Assembly (NCBI RefSeq): GCF_006345805.1 | Contig: NC_043008.1 | Span: 1,860,001 to 1,924,000 of the forward strand | DNA: 64,000 nucleotides | Source of the DNA: Octopus sinensis | Lineage: Eukaryota | Direction of reading: 5' to 3' | Shown here: in pieces, positions 40,375 to 54,299 of the stretch | Layout of the letters: each line of letters starts with the position of its first letter | Numbering within the stretch: the first letter of the stretch is position 1 | Made by a program: the position numbers and the translations under genes | Notes under the pieces: model-generated | What the model was told of the DNA's origin: nothing | The model's database searches: none | What the model saw: only the letters and a program-made list of their open reading frames with translations

Positions 40375-42889
40375 ACCACAGTGCGGATTGTGACACAGAC
40401 CACGCACTAATTAGAAGCAGGGTGAGGATTCTCCCTAAAAAAGTCCATCGCTCCAAGAAAGTGGGCCGACCACGCATCAACACCGCCAGAACCTCGGACC
40501 CTACACTGCGAAAATGTTTTGCTGCTTCTATCACGGTTGCCCTCAGTAGCTGCCCAACCTCCTCTGCTGAAAGTAGGTGGGACTATATCAGGGAAGCCTT
40601 GTATACGACATCATTGGATACTTTCGGCATGAGAGAAAGGCAAAACCCAGATTGGTTCAATGCTGGGCTCTCAGAGCTGGAGCCAGTTATCGAAGCAAAG
40701 CGTGCAGCTCTGGTGCAATACAAGAGTGACTCTTTTACAAAGTCACTCGCGGAACTCAGAAAGGCACGAAATAAAACCCAACTGACAGCCAGATGCTCTG
40801 CAAATAGGTATTGGCAGGAAATCTGTCAGAATATCCAGTCAGCTGCTGACAGGGGCGACACCCGTGGGATGTATGCTGGTTTGAAGAAGGCCCTCGGTCC
40901 ATCCGCAACCAAGTCAGCCCCTCTGAAATCAACTACTGGAGATCTCATCAGGGATCAAGGCAAGCAAATGGATAGATGGGTGGAGCACTACCAGGATCTC
41001 TACTCACGGGAGACTACAGTGGCTGAGGCTGCAGTCGAGAGTGTCAAGATCTTGCCAGTCATGTGCGAACTTGACAGTCCGCCATCTATAGCAGAGCTCA
41101 CCAAGGCTGTTGACTCCCTAGCAAGAAATAAGACTCCGGGAAAAGACGGCATCCCCTCAGAGATCATCAAAGCCGGCAAAAACACCATTCTGCTTCGGCA
41201 CCTTCATGAGCTTCTGTGTCAGTGCTGGGAAGAGGGTACAGTCCCTCAGGATATGCGGGATGCCAACATCATTACGCTCTACAAAAACAAAGGTGACCGT
41301 GGTGATTGTAACACTTACCGTGGTATATCCCTTCTAAGCACTGTTGGAAAGACCTTTGCCCGCGTTATCCTGGCCAGGCTACAACTACTTGCTTCTCGAA
41401 TCTATCCGGAATCGTAGAAGAAGCAGATCAACTATCGATATGATATTCTCCATACGCCAACTTCAGGAGAAGTCCAGAGAGCAGAAAATGCCATTATATA
41501 TGGCCTTCATTGATCTAACAAAGGCTTTTGACTCGGTAAGCAGAACAGGCCTCTTCCTCCTGCTCCAAAAAATAGGATGTCCACCAAAGCTGCTGAGGAT
41601 CATCAAGTCTTTCCATGATGACATGCAAGGCACCATACAGCACAACGGTTCAACATCAGCCGCCTTCCAAATAAAAAACGGGGTAAAGCAAGGCTGTGTC
41701 CTCGCTCCTACATTGGTTGGCATCTTCTTCTCAGTCTTGCTGTCACATGCCTTTCAGACATCAGATGATGGAGTGTTTCTGCACAGTAGAAGTGACGGGA
41801 AACTGTTCAATCTCTCGCGCCTGCGTGCCAAGACCAAAATCAGAAACGTCCTGATCAAGGAGATGTTATTTGCTGATGATGCCGCTCTGGTAACACACAC
41901 AGAAGAAGCCCTCCAAAGGCTCATTAACTGTTTTGAGCAAGCATGTAACGACTTTGGCTTAGCTATCAGCCTTAAGAAGACCAACATCATGGGCCAGGCT
42001 ACATCGGACATCCCAAACATACATATTGGAGACCACAGATTACAAGAGGTGGAGAAGTTTACCTATCTGGGCTCTACCGTCACCTACAACCTATCCCTTG
42101 ACGCTGAGCTCAATATACGCATTGGCAAGGCAGCTGCTGCGATGGCCCAACTCTCCAAACGGGCTTGGGACAACAATAAGCTGACCAAGACCACAAAAAT
42201 GAAGATCTACCAGGCATGTGTACTCAGCAATCTACTGTATGGAAGCGAGACCTGGACGCTATACACACGCCAAGAGCGTCGCCTAAACATCTTTCACCTG
42301 CGCTGCCTCCGAAAAATCCTCCACATCAAATGGCAGAATCATATCCCCAACAAAGATGTCCTCAGGCAAGCAGGAATACCAAGCATGTTTGCACTCCTCA
42401 CACAAAGACGTATGAGATGGCTTGGGCATGTTAGCCGTATGAAAGATGGCAGAATCCCCAAGGACATACTCTACGGAGAGCTTGCTAGGGGTACTAGGTC
42501 TGTGGGTAGACCGATCTTACGTTACAAGGATGTTTGCAAAAGGGATATGAAGGCCTGCAACATCAACATTAGCGGTTGGGAGGCAGTCGCCGGCAACCGT
42601 GGAGAATGGCGACGTACAGTAAAAGAGGGTATACAGAGGAGTGACAGAAAGAGAGAGGAGAAATGGAAAGAAAGGAAGAGACATAAACAAGAGACCATGG
42701 CACTACAACCAGCCAGGAACAGTCTTCGCTACATTTGCAGTGCCTGCCAGAGGGAGTGTTTGTCCAGGATAGGACTACACAGCCACAGCAAGAAATGTAA
42801 CAGGAAATAAAATATAACAGCCGGACTAGACCTAGAAAAAAAAAATGCGCAACTCCATTGTCTCCCGAGACAGAAAGGATGCCAAACAA
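40375..42889 (+). mobile_element. RTE-clade LINE, 5'-truncated, young, with 12-bp TSD
   Basis: Begins at the end of the APE domain (HSADCDTDHALI). RT motifs PGKDGIP, YRGISLLS, FIDLTKAFDSV, GVKQGCVLAP, LFADDAAL, FTYLGS; C-terminal CSAC…HSHSKKC zinc finger. TSD agtgaagtagtt at 40363-40374 and 42890-42901. Confidence 0.95.
40377..42810 (+). pseudogene. RTE ORF (truncated APE, RT, zinc finger) with one frameshifting deletion near 41415
   Basis: ORFs 40422-41417 and 41344-42810; the usual PESQCGFR motif is cut to PES before RSRSTIDMIF. Confidence 0.9.
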
Positions 42890-44654
42890 AGTGAAGTAGT
42901 TTACATAGTTAAAGTCATTTCTGATAGTAATGATTACTTTATAATGTTCTTCCGCTCGTTGTATAAAGAAAAGTGTTTTTAATCATTACCATTCCTTTAG
43001 GAACAGAAATAGGGCTTCTTCTACTAGTCTTAGGAATGTTATCTGGCATCTTAAAGATAATAGTACGACTTTTTTAATTGAATAGAACATTTTAGGGATA
43101 GTCTCGGCTTATGAGATTCGTCATAGTTTCTGTTGCATTTGTTCTGAGGAATTATTTTTGATTATAGTTTCTAGAAGAAAACTGCTAAATTCTAAATCTG
43201 AAAGAGGATTTTTCTATATTCATAGGAATAAATGTGTGTTGAAAAAAAAATTAGATAAGGAAGTCTATTATGGGTGTTTTATATTGTTTTAGTTTTGATT
43301 CACCGGGTTTGCTTAAGCGATTATTGAGAGTTTGATAATCACTGTTTCCTGCTTTATATCCACTGTTTAAGTAGGTTCCTCTCTCATTGGTTTTTCTTTT
43401 TGCATTTCTTTTCGGTTTTCAACATTGCCATTATATATTGTTTGGAGTTTTTTCTAGGTGAATTCCTTCCAGTATTACTTTCTTATTTGGATATTTATTC
43501 TAGTTTAATAAAACAATATAAGCACTCTTTGTATTATCACTTCTAAATCTATTTCTTAGTCCTGTGATTTCAATAATCTGCAGCTGATATATATATACAT
43601 ATTTAATATGTAATATGCATGTATGTATGTATGTATGTATGTTTGTATATATATATATATACAGGGAGAGAGAGCTAGTTAAATAGATGGATATATAGGT
43701 AGACGTGTGTGTATATGTGTCTCTGAGCGTGTGTGTTTGTATGCGTGAATATCAGATGACATATGCCATGCATATGCGTTATACATCACAATTACCGTTA
43801 CATCAAATATCACGAATCTCATATATTTTGCAAAATAGTTAACATGCACTATGACCCGTTTACATAAAGATTATGTATTTGACTTAAATATTCCAAACAG
43901 TACATTTATATACTCTAATTTTGTGGGAAAAATGCGAATAAGAGAAATAATGTTTTTAAGAATAGAAACATTTAAAACTACAGCGCAAGCGATTATACTT
44001 GTAAACGTTCAGAACAAGCTGTTACATCTAGTAAAGTACAGAAAAGAAAATACTTCAAATATTGCAGTTAAAGATAACATTTCAAAATAAAATGTTTGGA
44101 TCTAGAAAATATTAGCGTTCATCAAAACTAAAATTTTCATTACAAGTTATTACTTCTATTTGTTCTTACGTTTTACTTCTATTAAAAACAAAATTTAAAA
44201 AAAAACTGTTAAATTATTTTTGCACTTTTATAAAATTCATTTTTTACATTACTCATTAAAAATTAGAAATTTGAACGTAGGTTATAAAACATAATAGTGG
44301 TATAATTAGTATTAGTATAATAAATAGAATAAAACAAAAAATTAGTTTCATATTACAGTAAATCCTACCTAGAACAACAAATTCACAGTAAAATTTGTTT
44401 GACTTATTGCCTAAGTTATTGCCAAGTCTTTACATTTTTAGCCTTGACCCAATGCCTATTTTTTACACAATGGATTTGCCTACCAGATATACTTATCTAC
44501 TTTGAATAAAACTTTAGCTATATTGGTACTTTTGGCCCTGATTCTTTAAGTGTGTCAATATTAAGAAAAACATGGTTCCTTTAAAGTTACTTTGTCTATT
44601 AAAATCAAGCAATTTTTAATATTAAAATTTTATCCGTAACTTCAATATTTTAAG

Positions 44655-44745
44655 TGCGTACCAACCACATGTTTCCCAGTTCAGTCACACTGCTTGGCAT
44701 CTTGAGCAAGTGTCTTCTATTATAGTCTCATTCGACCAAGGAAAT
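44655..44745 (+). mobile_element. SINE family B head fragment
   Basis: accaaccacatgtttcccagttcagtcacactgcttggcatcttgagcaagtgtcttctattatag matches the head of 47317-47723. Confidence 0.7.
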
Positions 44746-44942
44746 CCGGTGAAAGTTTTTTTTTTAACCGAGGAATTCACAATACGCCACAAGGTACTAA
44801 GAAGAGCAACCGCGACAAATTCACTACGTCATCAGAAATGGAACATGGAAAAGCAATACTTCAGCATGGCAACGGCCTCCGGCTGAATCCAATAACTGTA
44901 TATCCATACACACACATATACACGCGCACAAATATACACACA

Positions 44943-44987
<45 letters not shown>

Positions 44988-45004
44988 ATACATACATACA
45001 TACA

Positions 45005-45040
<36 letters not shown>

Positions 45041-45402
45041 TTCGGAAGAAATCGACGTTTCACAAATCCGGTTAATTGCAGTCGCTTGACGATCATTCTG
45101 TTTAAATATTCGTAGGCCAATCAAACACATTTAGGCAATTAATACGGAGAGATTATGATGGACATCACAAGGGTAAACTTATGGGGAGACAACTGCTTGG
45201 AGGGATCCTGTAATTGTAGGTATGAAAGTACTCATGTCTTCACTATAGAAATATATACTTCCCCGCACAATATCCTGCACATAAGGCGTTTGTCAATAGT
45301 GAGTCATTTATTGAAGTTTTTATAGAATCGGACTGAAACCGCACCATGATATTGAGAATATATAGTATTATAATTACTCATGTATGTATATATATATATA
45401 TA

Positions 45403-45610
45403 TATAGTCGCCATGATAGATCGTTAGCCACCACACACATTTTTTCCTCTCCCTGTTTCTCTCCTTATTTTTTCTGTGACCCTTTCTGTAGAAGAGCGTA
45501 GGCTCCAAACGTAAAAGACTTTTTCTATTCCTGAGCGTGATACTAATACATCCGTTTGTTTTGTACACCACCTGTCTTCGTCTTTTGTTTTTTTTCGTAA
45601 ACTCTCCCTA
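45403..45610 (+). mobile_element. Second copy of the 200-bp hammerhead-like repeat, flanked by (TA)n
   Basis: ccaccacacaca…cctttctgtagaagagcgtaggctccaaacgtaaaagac…cctgagcg…ctaatacatccgtttgttttgtacaccacctgtcttcgtcttttg. Confidence 0.65.
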
Positions 45611-47316
45611 TATGTATATATATATATATATACATATGCGCCCACACACACACGTATACATATTGGTTTCAATTATATAGTTTATGTTGAGTGAGGTATA
45701 ACAGTACTATATAACTGTAGATGTTTACTTCTGAATCTCTCAAATGTTGAATTAATTATTTCTAGAATCTGCCCTTGAGACGTCTTGAGAAACCAATCTA
45801 CTACTAATTACATAATTGTCATACTTCTCTAGATCATATCAAAAATTATTAATGTTGTTTTGTTATTATTATGTCAACGTTGACATATCGGTTAAAATTC
45901 GATTAGGGTAACTCATCTTGGAATATGAAAAGATCTGGAGATAATGAGTGTATTTATTGATTTCGATTTTATTACAATTCATCTACGTCACATACATAAT
46001 TCTTTTGCTCTCCTGCTGTCAGTCCTCAGGCCTTTCTTCCATGCGGTGTAAATGATACTTAATTATTCATATACATCCTCAACAGTAACTTATACATCGT
46101 TTACCGAGTTATGAAAGTTCACCTCCTGCTAAATATATCTATAAAGAGTAATACTGCAAACAATCTTTATTTCTACGCGGTAATTGATAGCTATAGTAAA
46201 AGACGATGTAGGTTGTATTGGATATTAGACATCTCTAACGTTTCAGAACGACCTTCGACCGTTGACCACAACAACGCTTATAAGCTATTAATAAATGGTT
46301 CATTAGTAAACTTACTGGACAGTTCGTCGTAACGCTTTGGATAATTTCAGATTAATTTCAATCGAACAAAAATAATATCCGACGAGAAATTAATCATTTT
46401 ATGAGTAGAGAATTTCCTCATTTTCCATTCTCTTTATTACAGTTCAAATATTTCGTCCTCAATATGATATTAAATTAATTTTTGCTCACGTAATTTTTCA
46501 TAATATCAAATCTGTTACAGCTATATAACTTAAAGCATTATACACATCTCCAGAAAAACACAAGTCTATATTCTAGAATACGGCGATAAATATATTTTAA
46601 TCCATGTTACAACACAAAATGGGAAACGCACGTGGGAAATTGAACTTCGCGTAGGTATCAGTATCCTCGTAACATTCACAGAGATGAGAAAAAATACGGA
46701 AAGGAATAAGGATATTTTTGAAGAATAATATGCTTCTGGAAATATATTTTATGCAAAAAGAAATATAACTTACCTCGCTTTAACCAGTGATAACCTTTAT
46801 TTAGCGCTAGTATATGTGACTGGTACATGTTTAGTCATATATCTCATTTTATATTCCTTCCATTTACTATTTTCTCACAGCTCAATTCACATCATTCCAT
46901 CCATAAATGACTATTTTTTCGATTCGGATTTTTCATTTTACCGACATTAGTTATCGAATCAGTGACAAGGGGGTTTCATATTTTAGTTTCCTCATAATAA
47001 TAGGAACCGAATTAACTTTAGGATATTGCACAACTAAGAGAACACATGTATAGACTTATATGTAGTTAACAGATATGAATCTGACAATTAATGGTGCGGT
47101 AAGCTTCACCATATCACTAATTGATCTGGTTTTTCCTGGGTCTAAAGTGCAGAATGAACACTATTGTCAAATTTATTGCTGTCCTTCCCATGACTTACCT
47201 TCTATGTTTGGTTGCCATTCAAAATAGTTTGCGATGAGGATATGGCATACTTATTTAATAAATGTTATATAGTGAGATCTCTATAGTGCACTTTCATTCA
47301 GAATGTAACTTCAGAT

Positions 47317-47723
47317 ACTCTTTTACTCTTTTACTTGTTTCAGTTATTTGACTGCGGCCATGCTGGAGCACCGCCTGTAGTCGAGCAAATCGACCACGGG
47401 ACTTACTATTTGTAAGCCCAGTACTTATTCTATCGGTCTCTTTTCCCGAACCGCTAAGTGATGGGGACGTAAACACAACAGCATCGGTTGTCAAGCTATG
47501 CTAGGGGAACAAACACAGACACACAAATCCACACACACATATATATATATATATATATGCATATATACGACATGCTTCTTTCAGTTTCCGTCTACCAAAT
47601 CCATTCACAAGGCATTGGTCGGCCCGGGGCTATAGTAGAAGACACATGCCCAAGATGCCACGCAGTGGGACTGATCCCGGAACCATGTGGTTGGTACACA
47701 CGCTACTTACCACACAGCCACTC
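47317..47723 (-). mobile_element. Full-length tRNA-derived SINE family B with internal microsatellite
   Basis: Minus strand: A box tggctgtgtggt, B-box-like ggatcagtccc, then gggcatgtgtcttctactatagccccgggccgacc…ggaaactgaaagaagc, (TA)(TG)n, and an (agtaaaag)n tail. Confidence 0.9.
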
Positions 47724-48904
47724 AAAGAAACATGGATCTGCGACTATCAGAAATATCTTCTCACAAAATATCGCTTATGATTAAAACCGTTCATTCTCTC
47801 ATAGAACTACCTCGCTGAATATCTTTCCGACTCTCAACTGATGTCTCATCATTTACCTAAGAAATCTATACGTAAATGTATTAAAGGATATTCGCGAAAT
47901 ATATCTCTTTATATCTACTTCACGTTTTTGTTTTGCAATTTCTGTTATCATTTTGCAGCTGTTTACTGATAGTCTGATTAAGATTGTTGATTATTCTGTA
48001 TACAACTACCTGCTAGGTGACAATGAGTAGTCCATCATTTCACTACGTACAAATAACTCATTCTTTATAGTTAATATATTCCTTTTCACATCGGAGTAAC
48101 TTACTCTCTGAAACCTGAAGTTTCACCGATTGGTCTTACGTTCCATCGTACGTAAATACTAGGGTTTGGACAACATTAGAAAAGAAACCAAATAGTCTGT
48201 ATTATGGTATAAATATATAGCTGATATCGAAGACGTACTTGGCATTTGCTGACAGTCGTGTAGGCAACATTTCTGGAAAGAAAACAAAACAGCGAATTAT
48301 ATTATGTCAGTTTAAAGAACGATATATACACTATTTGAAATTGAAGTTCTATTAAATTAGAGTTCTATTAAATATCTTCATGGTTTTCTAAAATGTTATC
48401 ACTATAAACAGCGTGTATTTAGCATTATTTCTGAATAATTATTAATCAATAGGTGCTGATCAAAATGAAACTCTATTCGATTAGTTTCTGGAATTACACC
48501 ACATATTGCGCAATACGTTTTTAAAATAAGTATAAATACGTGTATGTATACAATAAAACAAGCTATATGTTCTAGAATTTAATTTAATTCCAGAAAATTA
48601 TTTGCTAGATTTATCCTCTAAACATAATGATCTCTTGAACGTTGTCAGCAAAAATATGACTGTACGCACTAGTGCGCATTCAAAGACAAAATACGTTACC
48701 TAAAGTTGGCCTTATATGTTTATCTTGAACTGGAAAAGAAATACGTTGACGTTGGCTATCTTGTCTGAAGCTACTCTGTAGCTTCAGAAATCTTTCAAAG
48801 TATCTATTGGCAAGAAGATCTTGAAAGGAAAACAATTATTATTCATAATAATTAGCAGAGGCTTTTTCTTTCATTCCGCCAATGTAACTCCATACTCCTT
48901 TGAT

Positions 48905-48967
<63 letters not shown>

Positions 48968-50049
48968 TTTATATATTTTATGATATATATCAGGTTTTTC
49001 TAATGCGATTTTCTGTTACTGATAAACATAAACGCTGTTGTAGAAGACGAAATTAATCGTAAATATTTCATTGAAGCGTTTTGTTTGTATGATATATGTT
49101 GTTTGAAGAATATGTATAGCAATTATCTCTCTGTCAGCATATCGATGCCTACAACGTATATGCGTGTTTGTGTGTGTTTCTGTGTGTGTTTGTGTGTCTG
49201 TGGGTTTACATATATGTGCTGGTGAATATGTAAAACGAAGCTATATACGTACATATACACCGGAAAGAGAGCGGACTCCACGAAATTTGCTCTACAAGGG
49301 TAATGCACGGTGCAGGAGTTATTTTCGCCCACGAATATATACGTCGTAAGATGTAAATACAGATGAGTAGAACAGTGAGACGGGCAGGTTCCAATGTACC
49401 AAAACGTATAGATGCGCCCAAACATCACAGTTTAGAAATCCAAGATTCGATTTTTTTTTGAGAAACGGCAATGAGAAACCTGCACAATGAAGAATAGCTG
49501 ATTTTCTGAGTGGGTCAGAGAAAATGCAGAGACTTGAAAGCAATATGAAAGGTATTGATAAGAGTTTTGCTCACATCTCTCAAAACGTCACAATGATGGA
49601 AAAATCCGGGTCTATGTGGAATACAGGTTGAGAAGATTTACTGAGGAGAACACAATATTGCTGTGGACAATAATGAGGTAGTTCTGTCAGATTGACATCG
49701 TCAAGCTATCCAGACATCCATGATGAATTATTTTTTGCTTTCTATTTATAGAGACAAAGTCTCTACTTCGGAATACGTTGATTATTGTGAAATAAACCAA
49801 CGCAAATCAGTAGGGCCGATTTGATTGATCATGACCGCATGTGGGTGACTGACTTCTGAGGGAACATTCTAGGGGAGTAGTCAAACTTTCCCCTTCATAT
49901 CTTCTTGTTTAATAAAAGATGTAACTGTTGACCATTGAGGTTTATTAAATTGATTTGTCTCCTCCGCAATTGCTGGTCAAAAATTTGAAATAAAGTTTTA
50001 GTTCCCCATGTCTATTTTTTTAAAACATTTTCTTTCCCATTAATGTATT

Positions 50050-50415
50050 ATCTTTTATCCGTTTCGATTATTACCCCGTGACTATGCTGGCGCACCGCCT
50101 TTTACAAGCTTTAATCGAAATAATGGAGCCCAGCTCTCTCAGGCCCTGTAACCAAACATCAAATTACAGAGATGCAAGTACACCAACACTGAATGTCAAG
50201 CAAAGATGAAGAACAAAAAGGGACACGTGTACGTGCACATAACTACGCGCGTACTCAAATGCATATATATTCAACGGAATTCATTCAGTTTCTCGCTACC
50301 GAATCTACTCAGAAGGCTTCGGTCAGCCGAGGCTATAGCAGAAGTCAGTTTTGCATGAGGTGCCACACAATGGAACCGAAACGAGACCCACGTGTTGGTG
50401 AAGCAGATCTACTTT
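50050..50415 (-). mobile_element. Diverged SINE family B copy
   Basis: atgctggcgcaccgcc…ttcagtttctcgctaccgaatctactcagaaggcttcggtcagccgaggctatagcagaag…ggtgccacacaatgg is colinear with 47317-47723. Confidence 0.75.
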
Positions 50416-50880
50416 CATTTTTCTTACTGCAATACCGCTGTCACAGGTTGTTCCTTCCTTCCATTTCCTCTCACAAAGAATCTCTTCACACCTACTAATC
50501 CTCCTCCCATTATATTCCAACACATCTCTAAACATCCCATAAAACCCAAATGATTAACACAACCACACGTACAATTCCTATGTCCAGCTCTCTAGATGAA
50601 TATCTTTTCATAAATGCGTGCCACCAAGCACATTCCCTCTCTAGTGATAGAAGTTTTTTTAAAGTTTCTATTACGTTTGCATCGATATATATGCATTCAG
50701 TGGCGTATATGTTGCCAATAATGAAATATCTATAGTAACTAAATGACTAATATATATTTTTAATGGACTAATTCAATATAGAAAAAATGTGATTTCGTTT
50801 AATTACTGCAATTAGTTGAAAGTCATTCAATGAACATATCGAACTATCATCATGAGAATTTCCAGGGAGAATCGGTTAGG

Positions 50881-50960
50881 GAAATTTGGAATTTTGGAAT
50901 TTTACAGGTGACATATATTGGAAATTTAGAACTTTTGAATTTTACAGGTGACATATATTG
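50881..50960. repeat. 40-bp tandem duplication
   Basis: gaaatttggaattttggaattttacaggtgacatatattg followed by gaaatttagaacttttgaattttacaggtgacatatattg. Confidence 0.95.
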
Positions 50961-52792
50961 AAGTAAACTCAAAACACATGTATTTAACGACATTGCTTAC
51001 AAATTACTGTGATAGAAATCCCTGTGGGACGTACGTATCTCTGGTTGTCTAAGCGGAAAGACCATTTACGTGTAAGCTTTGAGGATAGAGATTACTATTG
51101 GCAAGAGGTATAATTTTCAGATAGATGTGCTTTAGAAAAAGACTTTTGACATAGGTATTATCACTGTGAGAAGGACTTAATGTGTAACTTCCAAGCTATA
51201 ACAAGACCGAAGATTTTAATATGTAGTTGAGAGTATTGTCAGTTGATATATCATCTTTAAAACTTCGTATATACAAATGGTGGTCGTGTAACCGAGGTTA
51301 CTGTGACGAAATCCTGTTCGGGATAAATCCGATGAAACCGTTAGTAATGACCGTTTGACAAGCACTGAGAATAAAAATCACCAAAATCAAAAAACAGAAA
51401 AGAAGGTGTAATGCAATTCCGTTTAATTATATTTCTCTGTGCAAAATGTCTTGCACTCCATTGTACACTTTGTCAGTGAAAACGTATGGAAAATGCAAAC
51501 TTAGAAGAAGCGTGTAATTACATGTAAAATATATCTGCGTGTGTATTTCTCAGCGGTAGAGTGCATTGTTTATGTACGTGTACTACGCATGTATACACGT
51601 GAACACATGCAAATACACGCCATTGATAAACACTCATATTCCAACAAATGCATGCACTCTGGCACAGACACACACACACACATACACATATATATTATAT
51701 ATATATATATATTGCTACGTGTATATCTTTTTGTGTAGTGGATGTTCACGTATATTCGATGTAGTTCACAGGCCTCGATACTACATCTTGAATCATTTCT
51801 ATGAGACGTGAACTAAAAGCTATCTCGATAAGTAAGAATTCTAGAAATTATACATTGTCCAGTCCTTATATGTAGAAGTAAAAAAAGAAACGCTATTGTC
51901 ATACGAGTTCTTCGACGAAAATGCCTTCTAAAGAATAGTAAATAATTCTGAAGAAATCAAGGTACGTTTCAAACTGTAACAATGCAATGACACTCTGATT
52001 CGTTACAATATATCTCAGGCTTATATTGTCATTTATCTTTTTACGATTCTCGTAGAAGCTTGTTGAATTAACTATAGCCAGCTTTTAATCGAACCATATA
52101 ACTGAGATCTGATTATATTTTTCTTTTTGTCAGTAGAATATTTCTCTGATGACAAGTTACTATAGCAACCTATCGAACAGCGAAATATCTATGACTCAAA
52201 GGGAAAAAATTAAAATAAGTTATGGAACCTAAGTTGGCAATCACTGACATTGACATCAATACATTTTCAATTCGAACGACATATGGCAGTGAAAGTTCAG
52301 CGAGGTTAAAATCAATTGACTTTGCTCGATCGAATATACCTAAACCCAATATCGAATCTTCAAACTCGTATTATTTTAATTTCTACACGAAATGCGTTTA
52401 TCATTTTACATTCAGACCCTCGTGCATATTTAATATAATGTAATGTTCACCGTTTCTATAATGTTGGTTTTACTGCGAAACGACAGTTAGAATCTTCGTT
52501 TCTCATGCCATTTGCACCTGACATATATGCTAACTTGTAGCGATTCATTTTCCTTCTTTCTTTCTTTCGATTTTCTGTTTAATAATAGAGGCCATGGGTT
52601 CTGGGAGTATCAGACATTTTCATTTTATGTGCAAGAAGATGATATATAAAGAATTTTGATAATATCTGTTATAAATTATAATCCCATGCTACCCGAAACT
52701 GTATAACATATTGTAGGTACAATAAGTATATGCTTATACCTACCTATCCAATTTTACATATACACGCACACACATACACACTCACATGTATA

Positions 52793-52843
<51 letters not shown>

Positions 52844-53604
52844 ACACATATATATATATATATATGTTTAGTGATACATATGCACGCGCACACGTGCGTA
52901 CGACTGTGTGTGCACAAAGTTATTACCGTTTATGCGTTTTTGTAAGAAGTTTAGTGTGTGGCGTTGATATTAACCGTTAGAAATTCCCACTTAAATATAA
53001 GTGCACGGCTCCTTAAAAATATATTTTGAAATATATTAGAGTTACTAAAGAATCAACGTCATAAACCGAAATAAATACACTCGGAAACGAATAAACTATA
53101 CGTTGTTCGCGATATCTTTTTTATCTGTGATTTTTAGTATATGTATATATTATCATGTATGTGTGTGTATATAGTTATGTATGTCTGTGTGTCTATGTGA
53201 ATATTCGGATCAATTCTATCAGCGTTGAACACTATAAAATATGAATGAATGAACATTAAAACCTGGATATATTTAAAATTTTTAGCTTCATTATAACACT
53301 GACACCTGTTTGTACAGATCGAATTTGAAAGACAATATATGATATTCATTCATAATATTTTGGATCATACCAACTGGACGTGTTAGGTATGTTTTCTGAA
53401 AACGAAATTAACGAAAGCTCTTTTACAAGATTATATTATAGAACATTACTTCTTTTGATAGTATTCTCGTAAATTAATGTCAGTTGGATTAACTTGCCGT
53501 GTTTTGTGTATATGTTCAAATATCAAACTATCACATCATTCATCACTGGCATTATTCGCAGTATTATAATTGTATGTATTTCATTTCAAAGGCTGCATTG
53601 CGAG

Positions 53605-53645
<41 letters not shown>

Positions 53646-54299
53646 GAGACAGAGGGATAGAGAGGACACAAAAGGCACTGACATCAGAGAGAAAACAGTT
53701 ATTTACACACTAAATATTCTAGTGTATGATGATTGTTCCAAACTGACATTAAGTTGGTTGAACGCTACTCAAGAGAAAGCTTGGATATTGTGTAGCGCCT
53801 GATGGTTTATTTATTGCTTCAATAGATAGAATATATATTTTATTTTCTTTCATTTTCTCAAATAGAAAAATAACCAATGTTGGTTTTCAGCTATAAAATG
53901 AAACCCGATACATTTCGGCCATTAATTGCATTATACAGTTCAGTCGGAATGTTTGGATTTTACATCAGAAACACTGACCTCTTTATTTCTCTAAGGACAA
54001 TTTTGTTTATACCTTTAGCTTTTGTTGCGAAATAAGCCATCGTCATAACCAATCCATAATTCTGTATTTGTTATTTCTATCTGCGAACGCATGTGTGCGC
54101 GGCAATATGTGTCTACATTACAATTTTATGTGTGTACGAATACCTAAACGTAGTGTAGTTTATTAGCACTGTTTATCACTATGCATTACTTTAAAAGGGT
54201 AATTGTTACACTGTATGTAGTCACATGGAGCTTAGAGTTCTATTTCTATTTCAGATTTATTGTTCGAAGCTTTTACATGTTACTATTTGATTTTGACAG

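Larger units (their letters stand above)
40131..43590 (-). mobile_element. Degraded Penelope-like element ORF remnant, interrupted by the RTE insertion
   Basis: T-rich + strand on both sides of the RTE. The minus strand gives fragments such as LNSGYK, TPIIDFLI and ETIIKNN in the order expected for the Penelope linker upstream of GIY-YIG. Heavily decayed. Confidence 0.45.

Noticed and set aside
41000-42889. Antisense and alternative-frame ORFs within the RTE
   Set aside because: These are shadows of the GC-richer LINE coding sequence.
46768-46860. Strong minus-strand donor GAG|GTAAGT (similar motifs at about 32243 and 62041)
   Set aside because: No credible upstream acceptor or coding frame.
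48764-48788. 11-bp perfect hairpin tctgaagctac-tct-gtagcttcaga
   Set aside because: Isolated and too short for a pre-miRNA; no supporting context.
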